Below are positions 51,141 to 64,000 of a stretch of 64,000 nt of DNA, piece by piece. Numbering within the stretch: position 1 is the first letter of the stretch; every line of letters starts with the position of its first letter. A program made the position numbers and the translations under genes. Location: assembly GCA_951406725.2 (NCBI GenBank), contig OX597816.1:100192001-100256000 (forward strand), read 5' to 3'. The DNA comes from Octopus vulgaris. Its lineage: Eukaryota. A model generated the notes under the pieces. The model was given only the letters and a program-made list of their open reading frames with translations, was not told the DNA's origin and did not search any database.

Positions 51141-54100
51141 TTAATATAAATAGAGAATTGATATAACTTATATATTTTACAGGTATTTCACAAGGGATGC
51201 TAACTTCTCATTTCTTTGTTATACATAGAAATCAAATATCATTCCTGGTATAACACAAACATCACTAAAAGGAATTATTTTATTCTGCCAATTTCCAGAG
51301 TTCAACATTTTACTGGCAATCATTTCTAATGCATGTTTTTCCATAATGGCATAGATTGGACAGTTCCATACATCAATTCTTATTTGGAGTTATCAACCTC
51401 CTCGGTGGGTTGGGACCTTTTCTCATCCATATGTTGCATTTTGGGCACATTTCTATGGCTGAATTTTAAAATTTTGATTTATAGTGTAAATTTTATAATA
51501 TGTGTTTATGACTTAAGAAAAATATGTAGAAACAAAGAGAATTTTCCAAAAAGAAATTCTTGCAATACAAAATTGCATACTATGTTTTGTATGAGTCACA
51601 GTATGAGTGAAAGTTCAGCTAAACACTATTATTAAATTTGAAGGATGAAGAATAATCAAATTTAGAAATAGCTGCTGTAAATTAAGTCAGAATAAATACA
51701 CTATGTAATATTGTGCTAATTTCAAAATATTACCATGTGTTGTTTATAGTTAGTAAAGATAGTCTCTTGTAAAAGTGACTCTGTAGAAGCTGCCATGGTT
51801 TCTTTACTGAGAATGATATTATCTATGCTTCTTCCCTAAATGTTATGCTAAATGAAACCACTACATGATAGTCTTGGACATCACACACTGATTTTATCAT
51901 TCAATTTGGTTGGTTAGTTTAACTTTTTAAAGTTCTACCCAAAATACCTATTTGAGAAATAGTGTTTCAGATCTCAGCACTGAGACAGTGGCTGTCTTTT
52001 GACATGTCATCAAATATTTCTTCCACTCTGAAAGCCTATCATTTAACTTCCCTAATTGATCTATTAAGCATGCATATGCATATTTGGACTGATAACAACT
52101 CTTGGAAGATACTGTCTGTTGTCCTTAAATGGAATCTATAGTTTCAATTTGAAAATGAGGAAGAATGCTGAAAGTGTCAGTGGGTAAATCAGGAAAACAA
52201 GTAAAATATCATTTGCAGATATAAGCTTCTGAAAATGTCACGTAATTTGTTGGGAATAGAAGCGTTAAAAAAGAAATTAGAAGCAAAAGAGGTAACAGAG
52301 CAGTTGGCCTAGCTGATGAGTTAAATGATTATTAGATCAAACATGATTTTATAAAGAAAGAAAAAAATCAATAGGAAAAAAAAGATCATAGCAATAGACC
52401 AAAATGTGTGTATGCAGTGATCAAGGGAATAGAACTCTTGATAGAAAAAAAAATGTTTCAACATTGCAATGAAGAAAATCAAAACAAAATTTTTCTTTGA
52501 GCAGAGTATGATATCGTCCACAATGCACCATATAATTTAATGAACAGATTTTAGTTTTTAATTGATTGTTTTATTTAATATAATTTACTAAATCTCTGTC
52601 CCTTTTTTATTGGTGTTCTTAAAGGTCTTGTGATTTTGTGCCTTTTACCCAAATAATGCCATAAACCCTGAAAAAAAAAATTAATTCTAAAAGAGATGCT
52701 TATATTCCAAAAGGAGTAGAAATAATTGAGATTAATTATATTGCTATCCACTTTGAAATGAAGACAAATTTTGTGATGAGATATGGCTATTGTTCTTAAA
52801 TTTCTGTCAGTATGTAACAAAAACTAGTATTAATGGTGCACTGTGAATATATTTGCCCATACTTAATGTACAATTATATAAATACATAAAAGAAACTGGT
52901 TGATATTGAAATGTAGTCATTAATAAATGACAGATATTTAATTGAAACAGTTATGAATGCTAATTAAGTGCTTAAGACCAAAGTGGATATTGCAGGTGTA
53001 AAGATAGAGAGTAGGGGAAGTAGTGAAAGTGGGTATGAAATGTAGTAATGGCAGAGTTGATAAGCAGGCCAAAAGTGGATAAATAGGCTAAAAATATAAG
53101 ACAAACAAAAAATATTACAAAGGTCTGGACTACTTGAAATATGGGGGAAAAAATGGGAAAAAGTTACTAATTGAAAGGAAAAGGGGAAAGAATATATGCT
53201 GAAATATGCAGCTGGAGATAATAAGATTGGTTGAAAAATAGTATCAGAATAGTAGTGGAAAAACTACAAATATATTACATTGCAGATGTATAAGTGGTAG
53301 CTGAAGTAAATGTTGCAGGCTTAGTAAAAGTAGTATATGCCAATATGTATATGATTTCTTACATTTTTATTGGCAGATTAAGAGAATTTTTACTATCATC
53401 CACTATATATTTGGTTAGTGTGCGGCTGCAATCATATATTTTTGCTAATTGAATTCATTTCAGTTCACTCTTTCTTGCATTCAAGTGTGAATCAAGTAAT
53501 TGTGCATATTAAATTATTGTTATTGTATTTACTATAGGAGCAATACATATGTAGATAGGCAGATATATATATATTTATTGTGTTTCTTCACAAATATCTT
53601 CAACATTGTCTCATATAGTTAAAATATTGGAAAAGTGATTTAGTTTATTTTCCCTTTATGTAAAAGTATTCTGTATTATTGACTTTATTAATATGACATT
53701 ATATTACTATATGTTACTTATTGTAATTTGTATGTGACTATTCATTATACCCCTGACTTGGAGGAATTCAATAATTTTACAAGCTAATATTGCATTTACT
53801 TCATGAAAAAAAAATGATTGATTTCAGTTTATATTCATATTTATTAGGTATGTATATATGTATTAGTTTGAATCACATCCTCACTCATTTAAAAATCTAT
53901 AGCTATTTTTCTTGCAATCTGTTAAATACATCTGCAGTATAGCATTTTCTAGATTGTGCAGTATTTGGTTAGTTTCTTCTTTTTTTTTCTGTAAGCTTCA
54001 AGCTGTTTTAAGGGTTGACATCTGGCTATCATAGCTACCTTCCCAGTTGCCAGCTTCTACAGCTGTTTATAAAAGCCTTAACAGTAACTTTACTAGTTTT

Positions 54101-54789
54101 TAATGCCAATGTCAATGTGTAAAAATATATTAGATGCTACAATGAATGTAAATGGGGATGTAAAGCTAAGGACAGTGAAAGAGCACAAGATCATTGCTTA
54201 GTAATTCGTAATTTTCAACTATATCTAGAGTTTCATCAAGATAGTAGAGAACTGTAAATTCAACCAAAATAAACAAAAATGTGTGATAACTGTTAAAAAA
54301 AGTGTTATTCATATTCATATTTATTGATAAATCAATTTAGCTGTGATAAGTTATATCAACCATGGTCAAATATAAATGTGAAGTAAGATTTATTTTCTGC
54401 TTCAAGAAAATAATACACAGAAAAGATGACTGCCACAGATATATTCAAAAGGAGTGAATATTATTGATATAGTCAAAAGAAGTGAATGCTGCTGATATAG
54501 AAATGAACACATCATTCTGCAAACCTGGTGGTGATATCTGTTCATTTGATTTTATGTCCATCTTTGTATGCTGTTGTAGGTTAAACAAATATATTATTGA
54601 TGCATTGTTTCACTGCTGGATACCCTTCTTGTTACCAACACTTACCTGTTTTCCAAGTAAGGGATCTCTACTTTTGCATGGTTTTGAATGCACAAAAGTA
54701 ACAGATAATCTGTTGCCAGGGGAAATGACTAGAAAAATACAGCTAATATTCAAGCAATTTTCAGATAAGTGAAAATGTGAGTACACACG

Positions 54790-54952
54790 TACACACACGA
54801 CTTCTTTCAGTTTCAATCAATCAGATATACTCATAAGGCTGTGGTCAGTCAGATGCTTTACTAGAAATTACTTGCCTGTACCATATAGTAGGACTGAACC
54901 TGAAACCATGTAGTTGAGAAAGAGCTTCTTAACAACATAGCTATGCCTGCAC
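54790..54952 (-). mobile_element. Decayed family B SINE 5' half
   Basis: CTTCTTTCAGTTTC..GGACTGAACCTGAAACCATG..CATAGCTATGCCTGCAC. Confidence 0.7.
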
Positions 54953-54955
54953 TTG

Positions 54956-56155
54956 CAAGGTGGTATCAAAAAGTTCCTGGACTAGTTATGTTTGAGAGAA
55001 AATAACTTAATAAAAAATTCTTTTTGAGCATTGGGCCTCAGGAAGGCAAAGTGACTGAGTTCCTTTCAAGAGTTGGGCCTCACAGAGGCAATGACTGAGA
55101 CGATTGGAATTATGTTGTGCTTGAGAAGACCCATCAAGCTGAGCAAAATCACAGTCATGGAAGATACAAATGTCATGCAAATGACACCCACGCCTGTGGC
55201 ATGTAAAAGCACCCAATACACTCTCAGAGTGGTTGGCATTAGGAAGGGCATCCAGCCATAGAAAACCATGCCAGATCAGACTGAGGTCTGGTGAGCCTTC
55301 CAGCTTACCAGCCTTGCTCAAACCACCCAACTCATGCCAGCATGGACAACAGACGTTAAATGATGATGATGAACTTATTTACCCAAGTTTTAACATCATC
55401 CCCTTTGAAATAGTTACATTATGCAGCAATACATTGGAATCCAGCCTGAAAATCATTTTCCGTAAGCAAGTTGAGGACCTTTACAAATTCACTCTGAATC
55501 TCAACAACAGTGGTAAAATGGTGACCTTTGAGCTGCATTTTCATCTTGGGGAAAGCCTGAAAGTCTGCAGGTGCTAAATCTGGCAAATACAGCAGGTGTG
55601 GAAGCAATATTGTGTTGTTTTTGGTGAGAAACTTGTGAGTGAGGAGAGCTTGGTGACAAGTGCATTGTTGTCATGAAGAATGCAATTCTTCACACTCCAC
55701 AGATCTGGTCATTTTCACTGAATGTTCCCCCTCAAACATTTCAAAACATCACAGTAGAACTTTTGATTGATGGTCTGGCCTTGGGGGACAACTTCTATGT
55801 ACAATACCACATTTCCAAGGATGATGCGTGTGGCAACACTTCTAGATTGCCACAAGCTTTTCAAGCACCCATGCTACTTGAAACATTGCATACAACCTGT
55901 TGCTGCACCACCGTAAGCTTGCTGAAGCATGTTCAATGTCCCTATAGCAGACTTCCCAAGTTGAACACGAGATTTCATGTTAGCTCTTTGTTCCTGTCCA
56001 TGACAAAAAATCACAGACTACAGCATACACATGATAAAAAGAAGCACAAATTTCACAAATTGTGAAGTAAACGCAGCAAATTCACTTGGCACACTGCCCC
56101 ATGAAGGTCACTGCTAGCAACTGCATACTGCCATCTGTTAGTGCACTACAGAACT
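54956..56155 (-). mobile_element. Mariner-like transposon, internally deleted, interrupted by a family A copy
   Basis: Minus strand HLLYLPDLAPADFQAFPKMKMQLKG (YSPDLAPxD motif) and ILHDNNA; terminus CAAGGTGGTATCAAAAAGTTCCTGGACTAGTT; other TIR mostly lost. Confidence 0.82.
55010..55371 (+). mobile_element. Family A copy inserted in mariner
   Basis: Colinear with 2940-3315; AACTTA on both sides (55004-09, 55372-77) is a possible TSD. Confidence 0.82.
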
Positions 56156-57019
56156 AATATATATATATATGTCCAGGGCTGTTGCATGACTTTTAGAGGC
56201 CCCCTGCAACTTTTTGTTTCAAGGCCTCATCTCTTCACTCAAAATTCATAATTTATGCACCTTTTATTCATACCTATATTTTACTTAATTCTAACTGAAG
56301 TTCAATATTTCACATTATCCTAAAGAACATCTTTAAAAGTACAAGTTAATTTATTTATGGCTTGAACTATCATATTATTTCATATTTAGAAAGGCCAATA
56401 TTTAATAGGGTTGAATATTTATCCAATGGACTCACAAATATCAGAAGGCAAGCATTTCAAAATAACAACTGTGAAGCATAGTTGTCTCAGCTTTTGTATG
56501 CAAAGAAGTTTATTTGAGGATGTTACAAAAATTTTCAGTCCAAAACAAAAGCAAACTATTTCAAATTATATATTTTTGAAAAATTATTGTGAATGTTCTC
56601 AAAGACTTGATAACAGTAGAAAAAGCCTTTTTTTAATTCTATATTTCACTGTTAGCTGTTGCAATATTTCAATTGGACAGACAATACTACAATTCAAACT
56701 GCAAAGTCAAAATAACGAAGATGAAAAACATGAAGAATTTCTTACTTTTCTCTGAAATCACAAATTCAAGGGAAAATAGTACCTTACAAAATAAAATACC
56801 TCAATCCACAAACTAGTTACAACTGAAGAATTGAGATGCTTGGTGACAGTGAGCAAACAATATCTGTATCCCTATATATGTACACAGATAGATACACACA
56901 CACACAAACTTCTGAAGAAACTGCACCTGTATTATAGTATGGTTTCAATTGCAGTAGATACTAATTGATGTAGTAGAAACATGTAGGTCTATTTGAAGCT
57001 GTGTACATATATAAATATA

Positions 57020-57274
57020 CATCTTCATCATCATCATCATCGTTTAACGTCCGTTTTCCATGCTAGCACGGGTTGGACGGTTCGACTGGGGTCTGGGAAA
57101 CCAGGGGCTGCACCAGGCTCCAGTCTGATCTGGCAGTGTTTCTACAGCTGGATGCCCTTCCTAACGCCAACCACTCCACGAGTGTAGTGGGTGCTTTTTA
57201 TGTGCCACCGGCACAGGTGCCAGAGGAGTCTGGCAGCGGCCACGATTCGGTTGGTGCTTTTAACGTGCCACTGG

Positions 57275-57276
<2 letters not shown>
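57020..57276 (-). mobile_element. Young family A copy with two motif units
   Basis: Very similar to 28279-28470; GGTGCTTTT.A.GTGCCAC.GGCAC occurs twice. Confidence 0.88.
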
Positions 57277-57321
<45 letters not shown>

Positions 57322-57323
<2 letters not shown>

Positions 57324-57700
57324 TCTGCTCTTTTACTCGTTTCAGTCATTTGACTGCAACCATGCTGGAGCACCACCTTTAGTCGAGCAAATCGACCCAA
57401 GGACTTATTCTTTGTAAGCCTAGTACTTATTCTATCGTTCTCTTTTGCCGAATCGCTAAGTTACAGGGATGTAGACACACCAGCATTAGTTGCCAAGCGA
57501 TGTTGGGGGGACAAACACAGACACACAAACACAGACATATATACAACGGGCTTCTTTCAGTTTCTGCCTACCAAATCCACTCAAGGCTTTGGTCGGCCCG
57601 AGGTTATAATAGAAGACACTTGCACAAGGTGCCATGCAGTGGGACTGAACCCAGAATCATGTGGTTGGTAAGCAAGCTACATACCACATAGCCACTCCTG
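57322..57700 (-). mobile_element. Family B SINE
   Basis: Full-length reverse complement of the 21759 element with a short internal microsatellite. Confidence 0.9.
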
Positions 57701-57704
57701 TGGA

Positions 57705-58525
57705 ATTAAAGGTAGGTCCCACTCCTGAGCTATACGGTTGTTATATTAGTGACTGTATCAGTGTGACCTCACTCTCTCACGAATAACTGGACTCCTTCCT
57801 CTCCTTTGTCCTATCCTTTCATCTTGCTCTCGAATTCTTCTGCACTATCTCTAATACATCTGCACTATCTTTAACTCTTCTGTCAATTCTTGACATTTTT
57901 GTCAGCACACACTACTCCAATTTCAGTACCTGCATCCACTACAAACAAACTGATGCACTCTTACCTTAACTTCTCCTCCTCTCATCCTACCCAAACCAAG
58001 TTCTCCATCCCCTACTCCCAATTCTTCCATCTACGCAGGCTCTGCAGTGATGATCATGAATCTAAGACTCAGTTTCAACTCATGGCTTGCCACTTCATCC
58101 AACGTAGATACCCCCTCACCATTATCTACACTGCCCTTGCCCAGGCATGATCTGTGTACCATGCATCTGCTCTTTCTCCTTGCACCTGCCCCACCCTTAT
58201 CCATCACCCATTTCCCTTCACCTACCACCCTTCTAATGCACTTCTACCCTTCCAATGCACCATTCTCCAAGTCTTCTGGCAACCCCAGTCTGACCCCTCC
58301 ACCTCACACAGCTTCCTTAACCTATCTATTCCCTCCTTTAAATGAGCCCACAACATGCATGACCACAGTTTCTTCTCTACCCCTGCCTCCCAGCTTGGCT
58401 CCTTCCCTTGCTCATGCCCACACTGTCACACCTGCCCCTACCTTTCCAACACTACCATCATCACAGGCACCTATCACTGCCCCTGTCACATCACTGATTC
58501 TTTTACTTGCACCTCTAGTAATGTG
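57705..58525 (+). mobile_element. Penelope-like element fragment (RT C-terminus to Cys-rich linker before GIY-YIG)
   Basis: YISDCI (decayed YIDD), HSYLNFSSSHP..SIPYSQFFHLRRLCSD..RRYP, CSCPHCHTCPY..HITDSFTCTSSNV. Confidence 0.85.
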
Positions 58526-58544
58526 TATTCAGATATAGAAAGCA

Positions 58545-58650
58545 TGTCAAAGTAGACATTGGAGTGTGAAACAGTCATCCAACTTGTTGGACCCTGCCAA
58601 ATTCTCCAAACCATGCTGTCATGGAAGCCAGGCATTAAATGATGATGACG
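58545..58650 (+). mobile_element. Family A 3' remnant
   Basis: CCATGCTGTCATGGAAGCCAGGCATTAAATGATGATGA. Confidence 0.55.
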
Positions 58651-58979
58651 AGTGAGCTGGATGCAAGAGAATTTGCTTTATGTTTGCATGATCCACTGGC
58701 AAATCTGCAAGTTGTGTGTACTTTCATACAAATGGGTCTAGAGATAGTCCAATGTGTTACACATTATTTTATGTTTCTGACTACCACATGTTCTCATTGA
58801 GTAATGGTACCAATATGTAAAATAAACAGATTGTTTATAGAAAACTATAGTCAGTCATATAAAAACTACATATCAGCATTGATGGCAATTCATTTACACT
58901 CAGCTGCAACTCCGCTAGTTGAAAACATGATTATTGAGCTAGTTACTATTCTGTATGTTAGAATAAAACTACATCTTAA

Positions 58980-59195
58980 TTAATGATTTCATAACTGGTC
59001 TGCTGTTCTCATTAGCAGAACTGTTGTCCGTATTATGTCTGACACTTTATAGCTAAACAACTGTTTATCACTCTTAAAGGTAGTACTTCATAGCTACTCT
59101 ACTGTCTATCACTGTTATGGGTAGTACTTCATAGTTGGTCTGCTGTTTGTTACTGTTAGATATAGTACTCCTGATCTAGTCTGCTAGCCATCTTT
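58980..59195 (+). repeat. Degenerate 41-bp minisatellite
   Basis: AGTACT(T)CATAG-like anchors at 59041, 59082, 59123, 59164; a related unit near 58985. Confidence 0.7.
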
Positions 59196-60259
59196 ACTAT
59201 GTCTGTTACAAGACAGCTGATAACACTGCTGCTCAGCTATATTGACTATTCTTGCCACTACAGGTTAGACTGAATCCTGGAAAACCAATACAAACAATTG
59301 TTGTAGTCATCTCTTCTCTGTCAGCTCTTTTACACTACTCTATTTTAATTCTAACTTAGGCAATATGTATGCCTGTTAATATTGCACTGGTTTAAGTTAC
59401 TGTTTTGTTAGAGATAATGACCATGTAGATTGAGTTGTTGACACCATTGAGTATAAGCAGATGAATGAGATGGCACATTGGTCTGAAACTGATCAGCGAG
59501 ATTGCAACTATTGTTGATAAATTAAATGTACCAGTTTTGTTCCAGAAAGTAATGATGTACAGTAGTATTGATGTCAATTAGTTACCAAGGAAATTAGACT
59601 CCAAAATTTGGGGTTTATGGTCACTTTACTGACATGCTGTGAATTTAACAATATGATATCATTATTGTAATGATAATAGGACATATATCCATATGGTATG
59701 ACATATTTTAGTCTTTAACAAAAGAAGTAGTCTTTAATGGAATACAGTGGACCTTAATAGAACTGGTTTTTCAGTAGTATATGCTTTAGTCATAGTAAGT
59801 AGCCTTTGACAATCAGATTCTGTTGCACATTCCTCTGTATGACACTCACTATACTTTTTCTGTCTTTCTCTGGATGTGTGTGTGTGCACATGTGTCTCTG
59901 TATATATGTTATGTATGTATTCATGTTTCTGTGTAAACACATATATACATATATGTATGCATGCATATATCCATCCATCCATCTTCATTGTCATTATCAT
60001 TGTTTTAGATGAAATATATTTAGGCAGATTTTCTATGGCCAGATGCCCTTCTTGTCACCATCCCTTCACTTGTTTCCAAACATGTTAATATTTCCCCATG
60101 GCCAGACATATTTTCACTGATTATTCAAAATGAATGATTTTCATTTACAAAAATCACATGATGTCAAGACAAAGAGATAAACATACAAACATTGACACCT
60201 GTCTATATCTAGCTATCTATCTATACTTTCACTCATACACATACACATCCACACACACA

Positions 60260-60395
60260 CACATGACAAGCTTCTTTCAATTTCTGTCTACCAAATCTAC
60301 TCAAAACTTTGGTTGGCCTGGGGTGATAGTAGAAAACATTTGTCCTGAATGCCACACAGTGAGACTTGAACCCCAAACTTCTTAACCATACATCC
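60260..60395 (-). mobile_element. Decayed family B SINE 5' half
   Basis: GCTTCTTTCAATTTCTGTCTACCAAATCTACTCAAAACTTTGGTTGGCC. Confidence 0.7.
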
Positions 60396-60764
60396 ACATC
60401 TGTACACAAACACACACACACACACGTATATACACATCTACACACAGACATGTTTATGTATTTACGTGTTTGTGTACATAAAGGCTATATATGTATGTAT
60501 GTGTGTATACACATACTGTAGAAAACTTTTTAATAAAATATTTTGTATGTGAATAAATCTCCACTCTCCTCTTGGTTTTCAGTTATATATATATATACTT
60601 GCTATACATGTACATCTCCGTAATTTTTATTGTTTATATGCCATTACCAGGAATATATTACTAAACTATATAAAAGTAGTGCTCAGAATATCTTTTATAA
60701 TGTGATTCTTTTCAGCTTTATGGACAACTGACCAATATAGATATATATACACACACACATATAT

Positions 60765-61437
60765 CAGGGGCGTGCAGTGATCTTTCTGGCTGGGGAAGCA
60801 ATGACCAAAATTTTCTGTAACATAAATATTTGAATCAAATTGACATGTTCATGTTATATAGCTATTTAAAAAATTTTTTTAATGACATTTTCTATTAGGG
60901 GTGTTCCGTAATTTGAAAAAGTATAAAATATTAGTTAATTAAACGCAGAAAACTACACGCATTATCTTTCCACCATTTTTTTTTTATGGAAGCCGAATGT
61001 TGACTTGCTTCCCTTTTCCTCTGTAAGTGTTACATAACATAAGATTATATATATCATAGGTATTGTGAATTGACAGAAACTCAATCTAAGAGTATAAGTA
61101 TTTATTAGCATCTAAAATTATTCATTATCAGCTCTTACTAGGAAAAATTGTTTTTGTGGCATTTTTATCAGAAAAAATGTTAAAATATTACACTGCAAAG
61201 GCTGCAACAGCTCACATTGCTTCCCTTGCACAGATTTATTGTGTCGTCTGCCACTGCTTGTCATCTCATGCTAATTCTGACGAAGTCTGAAGCCTGTGAT
61301 GTCATGTAGTTTATACTAATTTTACAGAACATTACAAGAACGATCTTATAGAAAATAAGAAATATAGTTTCAATTTTGTTTCTATAATTTTTAAGGGAAG
61401 CATTGCTTTCCTTGCTTCCATGGACTACATGTCTATG
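60765..61437. mobile_element. hAT-like MITE
   Basis: Imperfect TIR CAGGGGCGTGCAGT / ACTACATGTCTATG; near-identical 8-bp flanks ACATATAT/ATATATAT; repeated GGGAAGCA/TGCTTCCC motifs. Confidence 0.55.
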
Positions 61438-62367
61438 ATATATATATACATACAGACAGACACATGATCATCATTTCATACCTGCATTTCCACGGAGTTA
61501 TAAGTTAGTGGGTTGGAAGATCACATCATACTTCAGTGTCTCAGTTTTGGCATGGTGTTTACAGTTTTCCCATCAATCAAATTTATATATTTTATTCAAC
61601 TTTACTTCTGTCTACAACAAAAGGAATAATATTTTTATAACATTTCTTTGATGAATTTTCTTTACATATTCTCCATCAAAATTGATAGTGTTTGCATACT
61701 AATGAATGATGCACACAACCAATTACTAAATCTTGATCTTTGTGACTTCTCCACTCCTCAATAGCCATGTTTACTTACATCCAGAAATTTACAGTGTTTC
61801 AAAGGATTAACTTGAAAATATCTTTCAGCATTTAGCTATGTCATGTATTCACCACTCAATAAATTGTTAATGCCAAGAATAACCCCATATTTGATATCAA
61901 ACAAATTACATGAATATTGCTGTAATATTTGTATTTTTGTATTTGTAAACTAGAAAGCATGGGATACTTACTGTTTAAAATTCAGAAAATATTTCCTATA
62001 TACTTCCATTATTTATTTTCTTATGGTTATAGCCACAGTATTCTTTAAAGTGTTTATTGTTTCTTACATTATTTAATATTTACTTCTAAATTCTTTGAAG
62101 ATTTGAATTTTAGCAGTCTACATTTAAAAAAAAATTTGACTTTTTTTTGTCATAATGCATATTGTACCATCTGTTTATTTTTTAGTTTTGATTCTTCTCC
62201 AATATCTCACTTTGCACATTTCTACATTTTCATTTCGTGCACACTTTTCCTCTCTAAGTTTCTCATACCTCTGCACTTCACTTTCATATTTCAACATTTT
62301 CATTGTCAATATCTGTTGTTGGGCTACTCATGGTTTCCTTATAACAGTTATTCTTTTATTGTTATTG

Positions 62368-63891
62368 GGCAACATACAGGGGGCTTCCATGGCGTACAGG
62401 GAGGCTACGGTTTTGGTTCCCGCAATGAGGAGGGAACCAGACTACTAGAGTTCTGTGATGCAAATGATCTTATGGCTTGCAATACTAACTTCAGGAAACC
62501 TGCCAGTCACCTAGTCACCTACTGTTCTGGCAGACACACTCACCAAATTGACTACATCCTTGCCAGAAAAAGGGAAAGATGGCTGCTTATAAATGCTAAA
62601 ACCTTCCCAGGCAATGAATGTACCCCACAACATAGACAGGTAGTTAGTGACTTCAGGAGCAGGGCTAAATGGATGTCCAGAAGACGACCAGCATGGAGGA
62701 GAAGGGTCTGGAAGCTTAAAGATCCTGCGAATGGACAGAGATTTAGAGATCTATTACTAGAAGCTTTTGACAAAATAGAAAGGGATATAGCTTCACACGA
62801 TGTGGAAGTCAACTGGAGGTTTCTACGGGACAACCTGCTGAGGGCCACTGACCAGATCTGTGGATGATGCAAAGTCCCTTCTCGACCTAAAATAATGTGG
62901 TGGTGGAACAATGTTGTTGACAGGGCTATTAGAGAAAAGAAACAGGCTTGGAAGGACTGGAAGAATGAGGGTTGTAAGGAATTGTATCAGACTACCAGAA
63001 GGGAAGCTAGGAGACAGGTTTATTTAGCCAGAGAGGAAGCAGATAAGAAAAAATTTGCCAATGTTCCGCACCATGAGGACCAAAGACTTGAGGTGCTTCG
63101 TGTTGCAAGACAGTGTGTGAAAGAGAATCATGATGTCATAGGAGAGAAATGGATCTGCATAGATGATGGTTCACTTGCACTTAACAAGGCTGCAAAGTGA
63201 GAGGTCTGGAGACGCTACTATGAAAGGTTGCTCAATAAAGAGAATAAATGGGAGAAAGAGAATCTGCTGAATGTCGACCCAACAGAGGGACCAGCTATCC
63301 AAATTGAGAGTACCTTCTAGATAAAGCAATTAAGAGTATGAAGACAGGGAAAGCCCCTGGCCCATCAGGAATCACCGCAAAGATGCTCAAAATATCTGGC
63401 GGTGTTGGCTATAGCCTCGTCACCTGTATAGTTAATCAGGTGATACATGAAGGAGTCATACCCAATGACTGGTGTAGCATCACCATAGTCAACTGCTACA
63501 AAGGTAAAGGTAATGCTTAAGATACAAATAATTACAGAGGTATCAAGTTGTTGGATCAGGTAATGAAGGTCACAGAGAGGGTCATAGCCCAACTAATTAG
63601 GGAAAGAGTCAGTTTAGATGAGATGCAGTTTGGGTTCATGTCAGAGAAAAGCAACACTGATGCTATATTTCTGCTAAGACAGCTGCAGGAGAAATACCTA
63701 GCCAAAGATAAACCTCTGTACCTGGCTTTCATTGACATGGAGAAAGCCTTTGACAGGGTCCCCCGATCCTTTATCTGGTGGCCAATGAGGAAACTAGGGA
63801 TAGATGAATGGTTAGTGAGAGCTGTACAAGCCATGTACAGGGATGCTGTCAGTAAGGTGAGGGTTGGCAACAAGTACAGTGAAGAGTTCAC
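62368..63891 (+). mobile_element. RTE-clade LINE internal fragment (APE C-terminus plus RT N-terminal half), pseudogenised
   Basis: GGYGFGSRNEEGTRLLEFC, QIDYIL, QHRQVVSD, GKAPGPSGI, YRGIKLL, QFGF, AFIDMEKAFDRVPR; in-frame stops; ends before YADD. Confidence 0.95.
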
Positions 63892-64000
63892 AGCTAACTC
63901 CTTTATTTTTCTACACTTTCAATTCTTCCATTGTGTACTTTTTATAGAAAATCAACTTATATCCTATTTTTACTTTATATGATCATTTCACTTCATGTCA

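Noticed and set aside
56170-56830. Possible hAT fragment (CAGGG start, NCEA-like motif)
   Set aside because: No matching second TIR and only a marginal peptide motif.
497-60451. Numerous short ORFs rich in YIYI, CVCV, HTHT or F/L/I
   Set aside because: Translations of microsatellites, SINEs and AT-rich intron DNA; no domain motifs.
62103-62367. Hydrophobic N-terminal extension of the 254-aa ORF as a host-LINE fusion
   Set aside because: Starts at TTG in T-rich flank; chance open frame upstream of a stop-containing LINE fragment.

Overview
AT-rich, CpG-poor eukaryotic DNA dense in microsatellites and decayed transposons. The repeat families look to me like those of Octopus (recognition only, no search run). 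One convincing host coding exon is present: 9940-10061 (+, 122 nt, AG/GTAAGT-bounded), encoding GTIICPATDCFVHWRDPWYDCEWGLNFTSAPDARKFRDCCS. This matches the C-terminal half of the EVH1/WH1 domain of still life (SIF type 1, Tiam1/2-family Rac GEF). I found no neighbouring constitutive exon, so the rest is probably intron (at least 9.9 kb upstream, at least 54 kb downstream). Intronic elements: a Tc1 element nested in a Chapaev3-type transposon, a Tigger/pogo element, a mariner fragment, two non-autonomous Helitrons, TTAA (piggyBac-type) and hAT-type MITEs, RTE, HERO-like and Penelope-like retroelement remnants, and at least four SINE-like families. Best leads: a candidate recursive-splicing point (poly-Y CAG|GTAAGG at 46926), a candidate 51-nt in-phase cassette or alternative-start exon (24943-24993), a decayed minimal hammerhead ribozyme (18840-18890), a Helitron with two 3' terminators, close inverted SINE pairs (possible ADAR substrates), and a repeat family with a modular motif/spacer array. 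Most entries in the ORF track are spurious. No prokaryotic system or true CRISPR array is present, and no new system is proven from sequence alone.
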